A stretch of DNA of 64,000 nucleotides. It comes from Takakia lepidozioides. Lineage: Eukaryota > Plantae > Bryophyta. The position numbers were made by a program, and so were the translations under genes. Under the pieces are notes generated by a model that was not told the origin of the DNA, ran no database searches, and worked only from the letters and a program-made list of their open reading frames with translations. This document shows, one piece after another, positions 1-12,032 of this stretch. Numbering within the stretch: position 1 is the first letter of the stretch; each line of letters starts with the position of its first letter. The DNA lies in assembly GCA_030704615.1 (NCBI GenBank), contig CM060731.1, forward strand, positions 68,138,001 through 68,202,000, given 5' to 3'.

Positions 1-109
1 TTGTATGTGTTATTTTAGTCTTCTCTCTTTGAGTTGCAGCTTAGAAACTTATTTTCCTTATGAGAGATCTGTGTACCAATCTTTGTTCACCATCTTTCTT
101 GGAATGCAG

Positions 110-229
110 GTGCCGCCAGGGACTCCAGTTGTGAATGCAATCGCCAAGCAGTGCGCAATGCTGGAGAACATTCTGCGGGCTTGCATTGGGCTCTCGCCCG
201 AAAACAACATGATGCTTGAATACAAATAG
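110..229 (+). CDS. MIPS: Last exon of myo-inositol-1-phosphate synthase
   Basis: After acceptor tgcag (107-109) reads [39 protein letters not shown], the conserved plant MIPS/INO1 C-terminus. Confidence 0.95.
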   Translation: MPPGTPVVNAIAKQCAMLENILRACIGLSPENNMMLEYK

Positions 230-1038
230 AATTATTGCCAGCTTTTAAATACCTGGGACTTGAGATAAGTGAAACCACCCTTCCAGCATCCAGGCAGCCC
301 CATCTCTTCAGTTTATGTTTGAAGGTTGAGGTGAACTGTCCTGTGCAAACATTTTATTGTATTAAGGACTATATTAAAATTGAAAAATGAGCATTTGTAA
401 CTTGGGCAAATGCCCCTTTCCCTAGTACACACTCTTTTTTCCAAACTTTTGTCCACATCATTGTGGTGCCCACATATAAACTTCTTCTGCACTTGTGGCT
501 CAGAAGTTGTTGACTTGGCACCAGAAGAAAAGTGGGGTCAAAAGCCTCAAAAACTCATAACCAGGTGGGTGAGACTGCAACTTCTCCTGTTGCAGCAGTT
601 GAAGTTGAGGTTGAAGTTGAAGAGTTGAAGAGTTGGGTGCATGATAAGTAATGTGTCCGAACAGCCTGCATAATTGCACGGTAGGGCTGCACTTGTCCTA
701 CCCTGCTGTAACCACGAAAAGGTGTCATGTCATCATGCAGCTCATCATGTGGTAATCCTTCAACCCATTGGCGACAGAGGGTGGATTATTCACCTGGAAG
801 CACAAGGTCTGGTAAGCCACACAAGGATCTATCAAAACTCCTTGTTTTTGACCACATCCATCCATCGTTTATTCCTTGCCTTGCCAACACGGTGTGCTGC
901 CAAAGCCCTCCACGGTATATCCGTGGCAATCCCCGATCACAGAAGATGGTTGTACGTGCAGGTACCTACCTGCACGAAGGGGGCAGGTAGTGAAGCATTT
1001 TGTGGAAGGCCACCAGCTCTCAATGGATGCTGGTACTT

Positions 1039-1234
1039 CGAAAGGGACCCACATTCACTCCTGCAAATTGAAGACCAGAATTGAAATGCGAAGGGGCCCC
1101 ACGTTCACTCCTGCATATTGAAGACTAGAACTGAAATGCGAAAGGGACCCACATTCACTCCTGCAAATTGAAGACTAGAACTGGAATGCGAAAGGGACAC
1201 ACATTCACTCCTGCTGAAGACCAGAAATGAAATG
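1039..1234. repeat. 50-bp tandem repeat, about 4 copies
   Basis: Unit CGAAAGGGACCCACATTCACTCCTGCAAATTGAAGACCAGAATTGAAATG starts at about 1039, 1089, 1139 and 1188. Confidence 0.9.
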
Positions 1235-2668
1235 AGCGTGCCTAGCACACCAAGTCACAAGCCTACATGGAGCTGTGGAGATGTATACCTCACGCTTTCA
1301 TCTAATTTCCACAACAACGAAAGGTGGGTTCCCTCGTTCCCTCACATTTACAACGTTACAACGTGCTCGGGTGGTGCTTGGTTGATGTCATTGCAAGTAA
1401 ATTATCATGTCAAGTGTTTGGGAGAGATTGATCAACTCTTTGACTTAAAGATCTCTCCAATCTCTCCAATGCTGAAGTAGTGTATTTGGGGGATGCTCTC
1501 AGCAATTCTCAACTGGCGACGTGGTTCAATATAGGCCGTTCCGACTGTAAGCCAGATAATGGACATTTCGTGAAATCCAGGCCCTCTATGCTCCACATAT
1601 GCCCCCCTTACTCGGCCACTATCCTTGTGCCGAAAAAGCATGAGGTTGAAAAAAGGGCAGCGAATCCAGAAAGTGGGTTGCGTGGGGGCTTGGAGAGATC
1701 AAGACAAATCGAAACTGACAAGGAAGATCGCGTGGCATGTTGGAAGTGTTATAATTTGGAATCGGGCCTAACAATCATTACTAGTAACTAACTTGTTTTT
1801 TGTTATCATTTTTATTCCTGTACCATTTTCTGGTTGATAAATTTCGTACAGGGAAATCCGGAGAGCCGTACGGTGTGGCACGTGGGTTATTTTTATTAGG
1901 CGCGGATGGACTACTTGTTACTCTTCGGCCAGTGCCATGTCGACACGTCATGCAGTCGCTTTCAAATTTAAATCTTCGTTACGCTTGCCCCTTTGGCCTG
2001 CGGCTGCTCCTCTCTCTGCTGCCGAGCACCGCCCTCTTCTCATCTCTTCTCATCTCTTCTCATCGAATGCGGGGGACTGTGGCGGGTATGCGTGTGCGCA
2101 AGCAAGGCTGTGAGTAGAGTACTCACATATACATGTTATACAAGTTCAGAAGTGTTACTGCACCAGATAGACATGTATGAGAGAGGTCATAGTTTTGGTT
2201 CAAGTAGCTGGTATGTGTGAAGCTCGCATGAAGGGTGACCCGAGCTCTGAGAGGGAGGAAACAAGCGAGGATGTTTTAACTAGTGCCCACGTAACTGAAA
2301 AGACTTGAACAGGAGAATGTTAAAATTCTCATGAATTTTTGTGATAAGTTCCAAGGAGGAGTTAGATTGAAGGAGCAGAGTATATATCGGTCAAGTGCTT
2401 CGCTTTTGATGAAGTACTTCTCAGTAGACATTTGATCTGCACACGTGGTGCAATCCATTTCTTCGTGTAGGTCCCCACTTCCATTTTAAACATATTGTAC
2501 CGCACAAGGCGGTGGATGAGGAGAGACAGACAGACAGAAAGAGAATTTTGATGGGTGGATCATGCCATCTGGCCTAGAATGCTATAAGTGACCAGTCGTG
2601 ACACTCGAGGGACGGACAGGGTTTCAGTTTCAGCTCGGTTCACCGAGTGAAGACTTCTGAGCCTGGAG

Positions 2669-5600
2669 ATGGAAGCCGATATGGATTGTTCCGGATGGCA
2701 CAATGATTCCAGCAACGGTTATTCTGCAGTTCCAACATGGGCCACCATCACATCTTCAGTTCGATTTGACAAGCAAATCGACTATGAGACAACTCACTAT
2801 CTGTCGGATACGACTGCTGCCTTCTCTGGCTTTTACGACGATCTCGTGATTCTCGAGGACTCTCAGCGAGCAGGTGAGACTGTGGATATCATTGTGCTTC
2901 TATGAGGGTATGGGGGGCGGGGGGTGGGGGAGAGAGAGAGAGGAGCTTGCTGCATACTGTGACTGCAGTCGTAAAACCCGTGGTTGGTTTGGAAGCGATT
3001 AGCTTGCTTACGGAGTCAAAGACCTGGCCGTGTTCGGACTTCGGACCTGTTTGGACATAGTAGATCAAATTCACAGGTGCATTCAGTTTGAGTCGAGATC
3101 AGAGGGATGCCGGGTGGCAAATCATCCTGCAGACTGAGGTAGAAAGACCGATGGTAGTTATCTATCTAGGTGACTGTTATACTTTGAAGGCTGTAAATGT
3201 GTTTACTTTGCGAAGGATACCAACAAGTGCTGTCAGGCTACTTTTTGGCAACACGGGAGGGACCTGAGTCTAAAAAGGGTGAACTTCTCTCACTTCTGCA
3301 AGGGGTAGCGGAGAGCTTGAGATTTCACTAGGACTGAACACCGGAACTGTAATGCCATCAGCTTCGCAATTGAAATGTACATTAGACAGGTTCCGGATAA
3401 TGGGAACTTGTGTTTTTTAGTTATGACTCACGCCTCAATTTATGGCACGTATATGCTTTACTGTGCATGTATTTAACACTTGCTGAACCTGGGTTTGGCC
3501 TGTAGTGCACTGGTCCTATCCTCAATGGCTTTGTAACTGACAACTTGGAATTTTTTGGGAAACTCGTGAACAGAGACTATATTTGAAGATGTCAACTTCG
3601 CGGATCTCATGTCTCCTGCAGTTTCCAATGTGGGCAGTCAGGACCAACTATACTGCTTCGAGGAAGTTTATAGTCAGCAAGGCTGGTCGGATTGTTGCAG
3701 CGAAGGCCCAGCCCCGTGTATGGCCGATTTTCGGCACCAGGCTCATGAATCTTGGTTAGTAGAAGGACCGCAGCTGCATTTGACGTCCTCTGTGCCCTCT
3801 GAAGGGACAACATGTTCTGGAGAAATTGACCACAAAGATATGCCGAACCCACTGGTAACTCAGGGCTGGGAACACGATGGGAGCCCACCAAAGAAGAAGC
3901 GCAAGTGTAGATGGACCACGAATGCAAACCTGGGCATGGTGGATATGGAAATCCCTGAGAGGGATTGCGAAGGTGATCAGGTTGGCAGCGACGATACGCA
4001 AGAGATTGCCCAGGCCGACGTTACCATGAACTCGATTGAATCCCAAATTAGTATTCTATCTAGTGCAACCACAACTTACGGCACATTCAATGATATTCTT
4101 CTCCAGGGGGATGAACAATGGCGTCAATTTGACATGATACGTGGGAGTGCAAATTTCTTTCAGGAGGATGACGACATTTCCGGGACAATCGAAAAATTTG
4201 ATATTGATTCTGAAAGTGGAGTACTGCATGATTGCGGACTGGCAAGTTTATTGAACCAAGAGCTCCTACATCATATGTCAGAGGCAGACTCTGACAAACA
4301 AGCAACTCCAGATTCTAATCTGGAGAGCTCTGACTCCAGTGGTAAAGCTAGAACTCGGCAGCAACCTTCGCCTTGTATCGCAGATAGTGTGCCTCTAGGG
4401 CAGGAAGAATGGCACCCTCCTGCGAAGAGGTCACAGCAAAGTGGCACGTTTACTAGCATGGGAACTGAATCAGCTGGGCAACGTGCCTTTCCTTATGTTG
4501 ATGAGATTATTCAACCTGGGCAGGAAGGGATGTTTTTCCGCGCAGAGGACTGCTTATCTGGGCAAAGCTGTTCCATTACTCCAGTTGGGCAGGTTTTGAT
4601 GCTGAATGAGATGATAAAGCAGCGTACAGTCGGAGACCTTGGAGACGAGAGTGGCAATTTTGAAGCAAGGTTTCGGCTGTGGAGGGGCGATCACAAAGGA
4701 CTTATCACACGACGGTGCTCTGTGAACCAGTGCTCTGTAGACATAAATTCTGACCATACCTTAACAACCATGGCAGATCAACAGGGTCTGAGGATGAAGA
4801 GTAGGGATGAAGAAGGAAATAATATGAAGTGCCGTGAGGCAGACACAAGCCCTCGCAGAAATACTGGGTCACCCCTTGCAGACATGCAGCCCGTACTACA
4901 AGAAATCAACAAGCATGTAACCTCATCAGATGTCCTGGCTGATTGGGTTGTGGTAAGTACCTCTGAGAATCAGACTGTTTACCAAGATACAAATAACACG
5001 ATCTCCGTTAGCCCGCTTCCTCAGGTGATTGAGCAGCAGCGGGGTGATGGTAAGCATAGAGGTGAAGAGCCTGGAAAAGAGCACAGAGACCAGCAAGACC
5101 AAAGCGTGCTGTATCGTCCATCCCAATTCAAGCTGGAAATATCAGCGAAGGACAGCTGTAACCTCAAGAACTTAGAAGCCCAATCTCTTGTTGAAATACG
5201 CAGTGTAGACGCGTCAAAGATGGCAGGGGCCGTGTCTGTTGGGGGAGTGTGTAAGGATGATTCTTCTTATTCGAATCTGCAACCCCCCACTTCAAATATG
5301 CAGACCAAAGCAAACAGCCGAAATGTTCGCTCATCAGCAACCCCCAGGGTTTCTCAAGTGCGTGGGATGATCAGAAAGAGACCGCCGAGGAACAGATCCA
5401 GGAGGTTGAAAGGGACCAGATCTGATCAAGCTCTGCTCAGTTACGAACTATCGGGGGGTTCCCTTAGTTGGGTCGGACGCCACTCGTCCGGGATGTTGGT
5501 GATCACCTCGGAGCCCATTGAGAGTAAAGAGTTAGTTTTTGTAAAAGCCGGAGGACCGAGTGTTGCAGAGGAGAAGGAGAAAGAATTGCCCGTTGCAATA

Positions 5601-8375
5601 AAACGAAGTTCTCAATATCGTGGTGTCACAAGGTATATTGACAAAACCCATTGTTATTCAGAGTCACTCGTTTGAGGGTTGTTTTCTTGCTTTTGTTGTT
5701 TACGAGGCTCTTACTTCAAGCTAGAGTTGGACTGGAAAAGGTCAGCAAAGAAGTGAACCCTAGATACATGTAGCTGAGATCTTAAGTATGCCTTCATATG
5801 TTGGTCTGACTCCATCTTGTTCAGTTTTTCGCCATGCAAGTTGAAGTGACTGTAAGATAATTATCTTGGCTCCTTTGGTGTCCAGGCATCGTTACACAGG
5901 ACGATTTGAGGCACATCTGTGGGATCACACTTGCGCCAAGACAGGCCTGTCTAAAAGGGGGAAGCAAGGTGAAGTCTGGCCCGACAAGCTTCAGATTGGT
6001 TTTATTTCTTCTTTTCCATCTTTTGCCATCTGTGACTCACGCTTCAAGTTGTCTGAAGCATTACAAGTCAGTCCATTCGTCCATTCAACCCCGCTATCCA
6101 GTCATCCATTCTCTTGAACTAATGTAGGCTAACTTGGCACTGAGGTGGTTTGGTAAGCATTATCGGCTGTGATTTCCTCCAATACTCTTTTAACACTCAC
6201 TTCCCCCTTGTTCCCCGCCTCTGTCCTCCTGCACTTAAGTTTGAATCTGTCGCTTCCACAACTGACGCTTCTTTTGTTTGCCCTGTCTGCCTCTCTGCCC
6301 TTGGATCCGGTGGATGTGCCAACTCGGACGCTGTTCGACATCACCAGTTTACCTTGGTAGGGTCTCTAGATGTGATATTCAATATCCTTGCTTTTGCAGA
6401 CTTTGCAAAGTGTTCCAGGCCATTCATAGTGAGCTACTATTAAGGCACCTGGTCTTATGAAGCATAGATGACTGCCTGAATATTTACTGGGCGTCCTTGA
6501 CAAAACCCTCACTTTTCAAAGAGTTGGACGACACAAAGAAAATGCACCTAAACTGAACTTAGCGTCTGTGTTAATAGCTAAAGTGTCTGACTGAGATGCA
6601 TGCTACCCTACAGGAGCTTACCATACCGAAGAACAAGCTGCCCGAGCGCACGACCTGGCAGCTCTTAAATACTGGGGCTGTGATGTATCCATCAACTTTC
6701 CGGTAATCTAAATCCTAAGTAGCTGAAATTTACAGGACTCTTCCGAATTATTGCGAAGTATTAGTCTCGTATCAGTAAGGGAAGGTGACAGGTTTACATT
6801 CGGCTTCCAAATAAAGGCACCAACTGGTGCATATGCTGATGCCTTCAAGTACTTTAACACGTCAGTCAATTTCGCATGTTTATGGCAATCAGTGCCTTTG
6901 AATTCGCCACGACGCCGTGCAATCACAGAGAGAAAAATAGACTGCAGCTTGGACATCGGATTCCTGTTGATCAATTGTCTACAAAGGAAAAATCTTGGAT
7001 GTGTTTAATGACGTGCAAATAGAATCCTAAGAACTGACAAGTTCTTGTGTGAGCAGATTGGTGAGTATGAGGAGCAACTCAAAGCCATGCATAACTTCTC
7101 CCGGGAAGAATACATCATGTTCATCCGAAGGTTAGTAACTGGTAGCCGCGTTTGCCATCCGTTTGCCATTTGCCCCACTCGCGTAAGCCGGATGTCCATA
7201 GCATTTTCGGTCTCCCTTGTTCCTTTCCTCTCCAGCCTAAACCCTGTAATGCGTGGATGTCTTGTATTATAATGTCTCTCTCTAGTAAGCTCTCAACTTC
7301 ATGAAGTTTCTTCGCTTCTTTTAAAATAGAGTAAAAATCTTGACAATCACTCTGGACAGCTTGAATTGTAGTTCTATAGTTGTGGCAGCTGACTGTTAGG
7401 ATCATTCTGACTTCTTCTTTTCTCTGTCTCATAAACTCGTTGAGCTTCCCATCATGTCGTGAAGTTTCTTTCCCTTTCCCAGCTCAATGCATTTCTTTCT
7501 TCTCCTTTCAACTCTCTAGGTAGGTCCTAGGATGTATAAGCACGAGAGGAGCGCATCAACTTGCAAACCCCTAAACTGGGTTGTTTGGCAGGGGAAGCCC
7601 AGGATTTGTGCGCGGCCGCTCAAAGTATCGTGGAGTTACAAGGTCTGTTTTCGCAGCGTGGTCCTTGATTCTGAACCCATTCTGAGTTGGATATCGTGCC
7701 GTCATCCTACTAGCCGGATTAAATTGCAGTAGTTTGAAGATTAGCGTGGGAGATAATTGAGCAATCCAAAGTTCAATTTGAAAAACAGGAAACGTGGTTG
7801 ATCTTGCAGGCACCACCAGGACGGCCGATGGGAAGCACGTATTGGCCGTGACTCAGGGTCCAATTACCACTATCTTGGCACTTTCGGTTTGTCTTCTATT
7901 CCACCCGAGCTGCTATTGTAGATTCTGTCTGACAGCTGATACATCCTGCTTATTTGTCTCTTTCTTCACATTGGAAGTTGCTATGGGTGCAGATACACAA
8001 GAGGAAGCGGCCATAGCCTACGATCGTGCCGCAGTTAAAAGCCGGGGAGCTAATGCTGTTACCAATTTCAACCTCTCTCGCTACCTCCCGGAATCCTCAG
8101 GAGATTCAGCTAAGTGCCAGCGAGAAAAGGCCACAAAAAATGGCAACCAACTCGTGTCTCCCGGAGGAATTCACATGCCCCACCCCCCTTCAGAAACCAT
8201 GCAAGGAGAAATAGTGCCCGTGCAAACTTCTCGATGCAACAGGAAACGAACTCATGTCAGAGAAGCACTCGCATTTCTGGATAAGACCAACACGGTGGGC
8301 AATGTGTGGTACTTCGGTTTCCACTGTATCTGTCAAGAGTGCTCCTACCGCCATCACGTGAGCTGGGAAGCATGA
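2669..8375 (+). CDS. Double-AP2-domain transcription factor, ANT lineage (WRINKLED/basal-ANT-like), with long N-terminal region
   Basis: In-frame GT-AG exon chain: 2669-2873, 3574-5632, 5886-5968, 6348-6356, 6614-6702, 7057-7130, 7592-7642, 7810-7886, 7993-8375 (3' end uncertain). Encodes [57 protein letters not shown], a linker, then [51 protein letters not shown]. Confidence 0.9.
6348..6356 (+). CDS. 9-nt micro-exon (VYL) of the AP2 gene
   Basis: cag|TTTACCTTG|gtag joins ..AAGCAAG (5968) and GAGCTTAC (6614) to give KQ-VYLG-AY. Confidence 0.9.
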
Positions 8376-10048
8376 ATATTGCACAAGCATATTGAGCCAT
8401 AGACGGAACATTGATGTCTGGCACATTTCCGGCGCAGCCCACCTCAAGACCTCCTTGAAGACTTGAAAGAAGAACAATCAAAACAAAGAAAATGAAACCT
8501 CCATACGGAATCTCGATCATGAGACAAAGGCAGAGAGAAAAAAATGGACTGCTACCCCCCACTGCACTGACTAGGATTCACTGAGCTTCCATAGCCGACA
8601 AAAGGAAATGAGCTCTTCCAACAGGTTTTTGGTATCACATTTTCCATAGACAGACATCTCTGCTGAGAATCTAGTGGAAGTGTGGTAAGAGAGTGAACTT
8701 TCAATTCACAAAACTTAGCATTCAAAGCAAAACTGAGTAATATTATTTTGCATTCTTATATTTCTAAAGATTTAAAATGGAATCTTGCTGAATGGGTTGT
8801 GAAGCACGATTCCGGCGCTATGGGTTTGTTCCTATTCCTCTACCGGACTTAGTTCTCTCATGGGGATGTAGTCGATAGATGGGCCTAAGACGGAATCTCA
8901 CGAAGAGGACGCAACAGAGTCAGACACAGAAGTAGCTAAGTGAGGAGTAGACGCATACTTGGGAAGCAACATATATTGCCTGCCAGGAAGAATCTCAGCA
9001 ACCAGGTAGGGTCCATCAATCCTCCTCTTAGCCTTACCAGGCTGAAGCTTCACACAAACATACTGCCCTACCTTGAAGGATTCAGAATATACGACCCGAT
9101 CACGGTTGTAATTCTTGGCCTGAGAAGCCTGAGCAAAGACAATGTTAGATTTAGTTGTTTCTCTTAGACGACGACGTTAGCATCCATAGAGAGTAAAAAC
9201 TCTTCCCAATTCTTAGGCTCAGTAGTTGAGACCTGCAGCCAGGAAATATGTAAAGGAGTCCTACACTTCCTACCATACAAAAGCTCAAAATGAGAAATCT
9301 TGGTACTGGCATGTATAGAGGTCATATAGGCAAAAAGCAGGATAGGCACAGCAATGTCCCATTCATCTATGAGAGACCCATTTTTCTCAAGCATCTGGCA
9401 CATTGTTTTGTTGAATCGTTCTGTCAAACCATTGCACTGTGGGTTATAAGGAGCAGTTACGACATGTTTAGTGTTTAGATTGAACAACACAATCTCAAAA
9501 GCTGGTTGCAGAATCCTGTACCTTGATCCGTGAGGATTTCAAGAGGGCAACCATGGTAGAGAATCACCTTATCAAAGAAGAATTGCACCACCTCATCACT
9601 GTCCTTAGCGACCAAAGGTCGGAGCTCAACCCACTTAGTCATGTAATCCGTAGCAACATCAAGATATGCATGGCCCTTAGACGTGGATTTGAGTGGTCCA
9701 ACAAGATCTAAACCTACTTGGGCAAAAGACTCAGTGAGTGGATAGGTTGCAAAGGTAGAGGGGCTTCAGTCATAGGCAGGGTGGTTTTGGCATGACAGGG
9801 CACACATCTGGCAATGAAAGCTGAAACGTCCTTAACTAAACCCTTCCAATGATACTGCTCATGCAGCCTTTTCACAGTTTTGGTAATTCCCAAGTGACTA
9901 GCATAAGTGGAAGCATAATACAATTCTAGCAAGGCAGGAACAGCGGATCTAAGAGGGACTTCCATAGCAAGATCACATTCCAATGCATTCACCCTGAACA
10001 ACCAGCTCCCTTCACTTTCTCGGTGGGTGGGTAAGTGATAGTTCACTT

Positions 10049-10990
10049 TGTTAGATGTAATTCAACATTTAGATTATGTAAGTTAACATCCATATAGAAT
10101 GGACACGTCTATGTGAATGGTCACAACCCTTTAGGGTATGACTATTGAGTTGTTGAAGAGACATTGTCCTGTCTTCTTCTCTCTCATTCTGTCATTCTTA
10201 CATACATAAAATTGAGTGATCATACTCATATCACTCTCACTCTAAACTCTAATGTTTGAGTGCTAGTATTTTAGAACATGGTATCAGAGCCTTGTGCTCA
10301 ACCGATCCATAGCCATCTAATGAGAATCGACTTAAGATTGTCTTTGAATCGTTTGTCTTAAAGATTATTTATCAAAAGTCAGCGACCTCGGACCTCAGAC
10401 CATGCGCTTATTCAATTTTTATGAAAATTGTTGTTAAGGATTAGAAAGGCAAGAGCAAACGCTTTGCCATTGGCTAGGTTTTGTCTAACGACATAGATTC
10501 CCCATGGCTGCTCCCTCTTTTCTTTCAGCAAGGGTGTATCAAAGCACGCTCCGAATTGATTCTCCATTGTGGAGATCGTCAGATTCAATTAGTCAGATAT
10601 CTTAAACTTCTACAGCAGTCTGGGCTAAACTAAAATTTATCTATGAACACACGGATAGTGCATCCCAAGTTGGCATGCATAAATGTATTATGATGCTTAC
10701 TCTTTCATAGTCCCAATGTGTAATAGAGTTCTTGGAAAATTAGCAAGGAGCGTTAGATGATGCTTCAGTTGTAGGGCTAGTAATCCCTGAAGCACTGCAT
10801 ATCACTATGCTTCTTGGAGTGTTGCCTCATTCATGGCAACCATTTATTACCACTCAAGGAAATGTTGCAAACCAAACCCTTGCTGATTTGATTGGTAAGG
10901 TTTTGCAAGAGGCCATTATGAGACACACGGATAGTTCTAATGGTAAACCTTCAGTTTTATTTGTTGGACGCATTCCCAGCGAAGATTGCC
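10049..10990 (+). mobile_element. Truncated Ty1/copia 5' end (LTR + PBS + gag fragment) nested in the gypsy
   Basis: TGTTAG..AGAACA LTR 10049-10278, immediately followed by the Met-tRNA PBS TGGTATCAGAGC (10279-10290). gag-like MLLGVLPHSWQPFITT..LIGKVLQE at 10807-11007. Confidence 0.8.
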
Positions 10991-11732
10991 AAGCACAACA
11001 TCCATGAGCCTCTGGAAGGTAGCAGTAGCCAAAAGGCATAGTTTCGAATTGCTACATGCTCATACGACAGGTGAAGGCAGTTTTCTCTTTGGCAGCCGAT
11101 GTCAAGGGCACTTGCCAAAATCCAACTACTAGATCCAACGACGAGAAGATAGTGGCACCGTTCAGCTGACCTAGAGTCTCATTGATTCGAGGTAAAGGAT
11201 ATACATCTTTTTTGGTGATGGCATTCAAACGTCTAAAATCAACACAGAAACGAGTGGAACCATCTTTTTTCCCTACCAAGACAATAGGACTGGCCCAAGG
11301 CAAGATAGAGGGTATGATAACACCTGCATCAAGCATCTTGGTAATCTCCTCTTGAATGACCTTCCTCTCATGCACACTTTCCCTGCAGGCATATTGTTTG
11401 ATAGGCTTACCTTCAGTGACGATATCGTGGTCAACGATGGTTGTGCGACCAAGGTCATGAGATCTTTTGCTAAAGATGTCTAGATTGCTACAGAAAGTCA
11501 TGCAGTCAACTAGTCTGTTGGGGCGTGAGATGGTCTCCAACCGTGATGTCGTGCAAAATCTGTTGATAATGCAGTTCTTTCAAGATCTAGGGTTAGAGGA
11601 AGGCTAGCAATTTTCCCAGCATTGGTAGCGAAGGCTTGAAGTTGGTCAAGAGGGGAATCTACCAAGCCTATGTCATGAAAAGAGAGTCATTTCTGAACAA
11701 AAGCCAACTTAGATAAAGGTGAGGCAGACAGC

Positions 11733-12032
11733 CTAGGCTAGGACTTGACCTTTGCGAATGGTTATGCCAATGCGTTCTGGGTTAGCCACCAGAAGCCTCA
11801 CTTCCCCCTTGAAGCCCTGATCAATAACCCCAGATGCAATCAGGCAATGTTTTTTGCAAGGTGAGTTTTTCCAGCCTTCTATTTCCATGTAATGACCTTT
11901 AGGACAAGCAAAAGCTAAACTAGAAGGTATCAGACGTTGTGAAAAAGCAGGAATGACAAGATCAATGGGAGCACGGATTAACATAGTGTTTTTGGCCACT
12001 GGTAAAGGGGGGCCAGATTTCTTACTTGGCAA
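11733..12032 (-). pseudogene. dUTPase-like domain within the gypsy pol, between protease and RT
   Basis: ..IPSSLAFACPKGHYMEIEG..GVIDQGFKGEVRLLVAN..ITIRKGQVLA: motif 3 (GVID-x-x-Y/F-x-GE) and motif 4 are recognisable; motifs 1, 2 and 5 are degenerate or absent. Confidence 0.75.

Noticed and set aside
674-1121. Overlapping short ORFs as genes
   Set aside because: No recognisable motif on either strand; probably a decayed repeat.
8560-9160. 3' LTR of the first gypsy element
   Set aside because: No matching direct repeat with the 14140-14400 region could be seen, so LTRs were not called.
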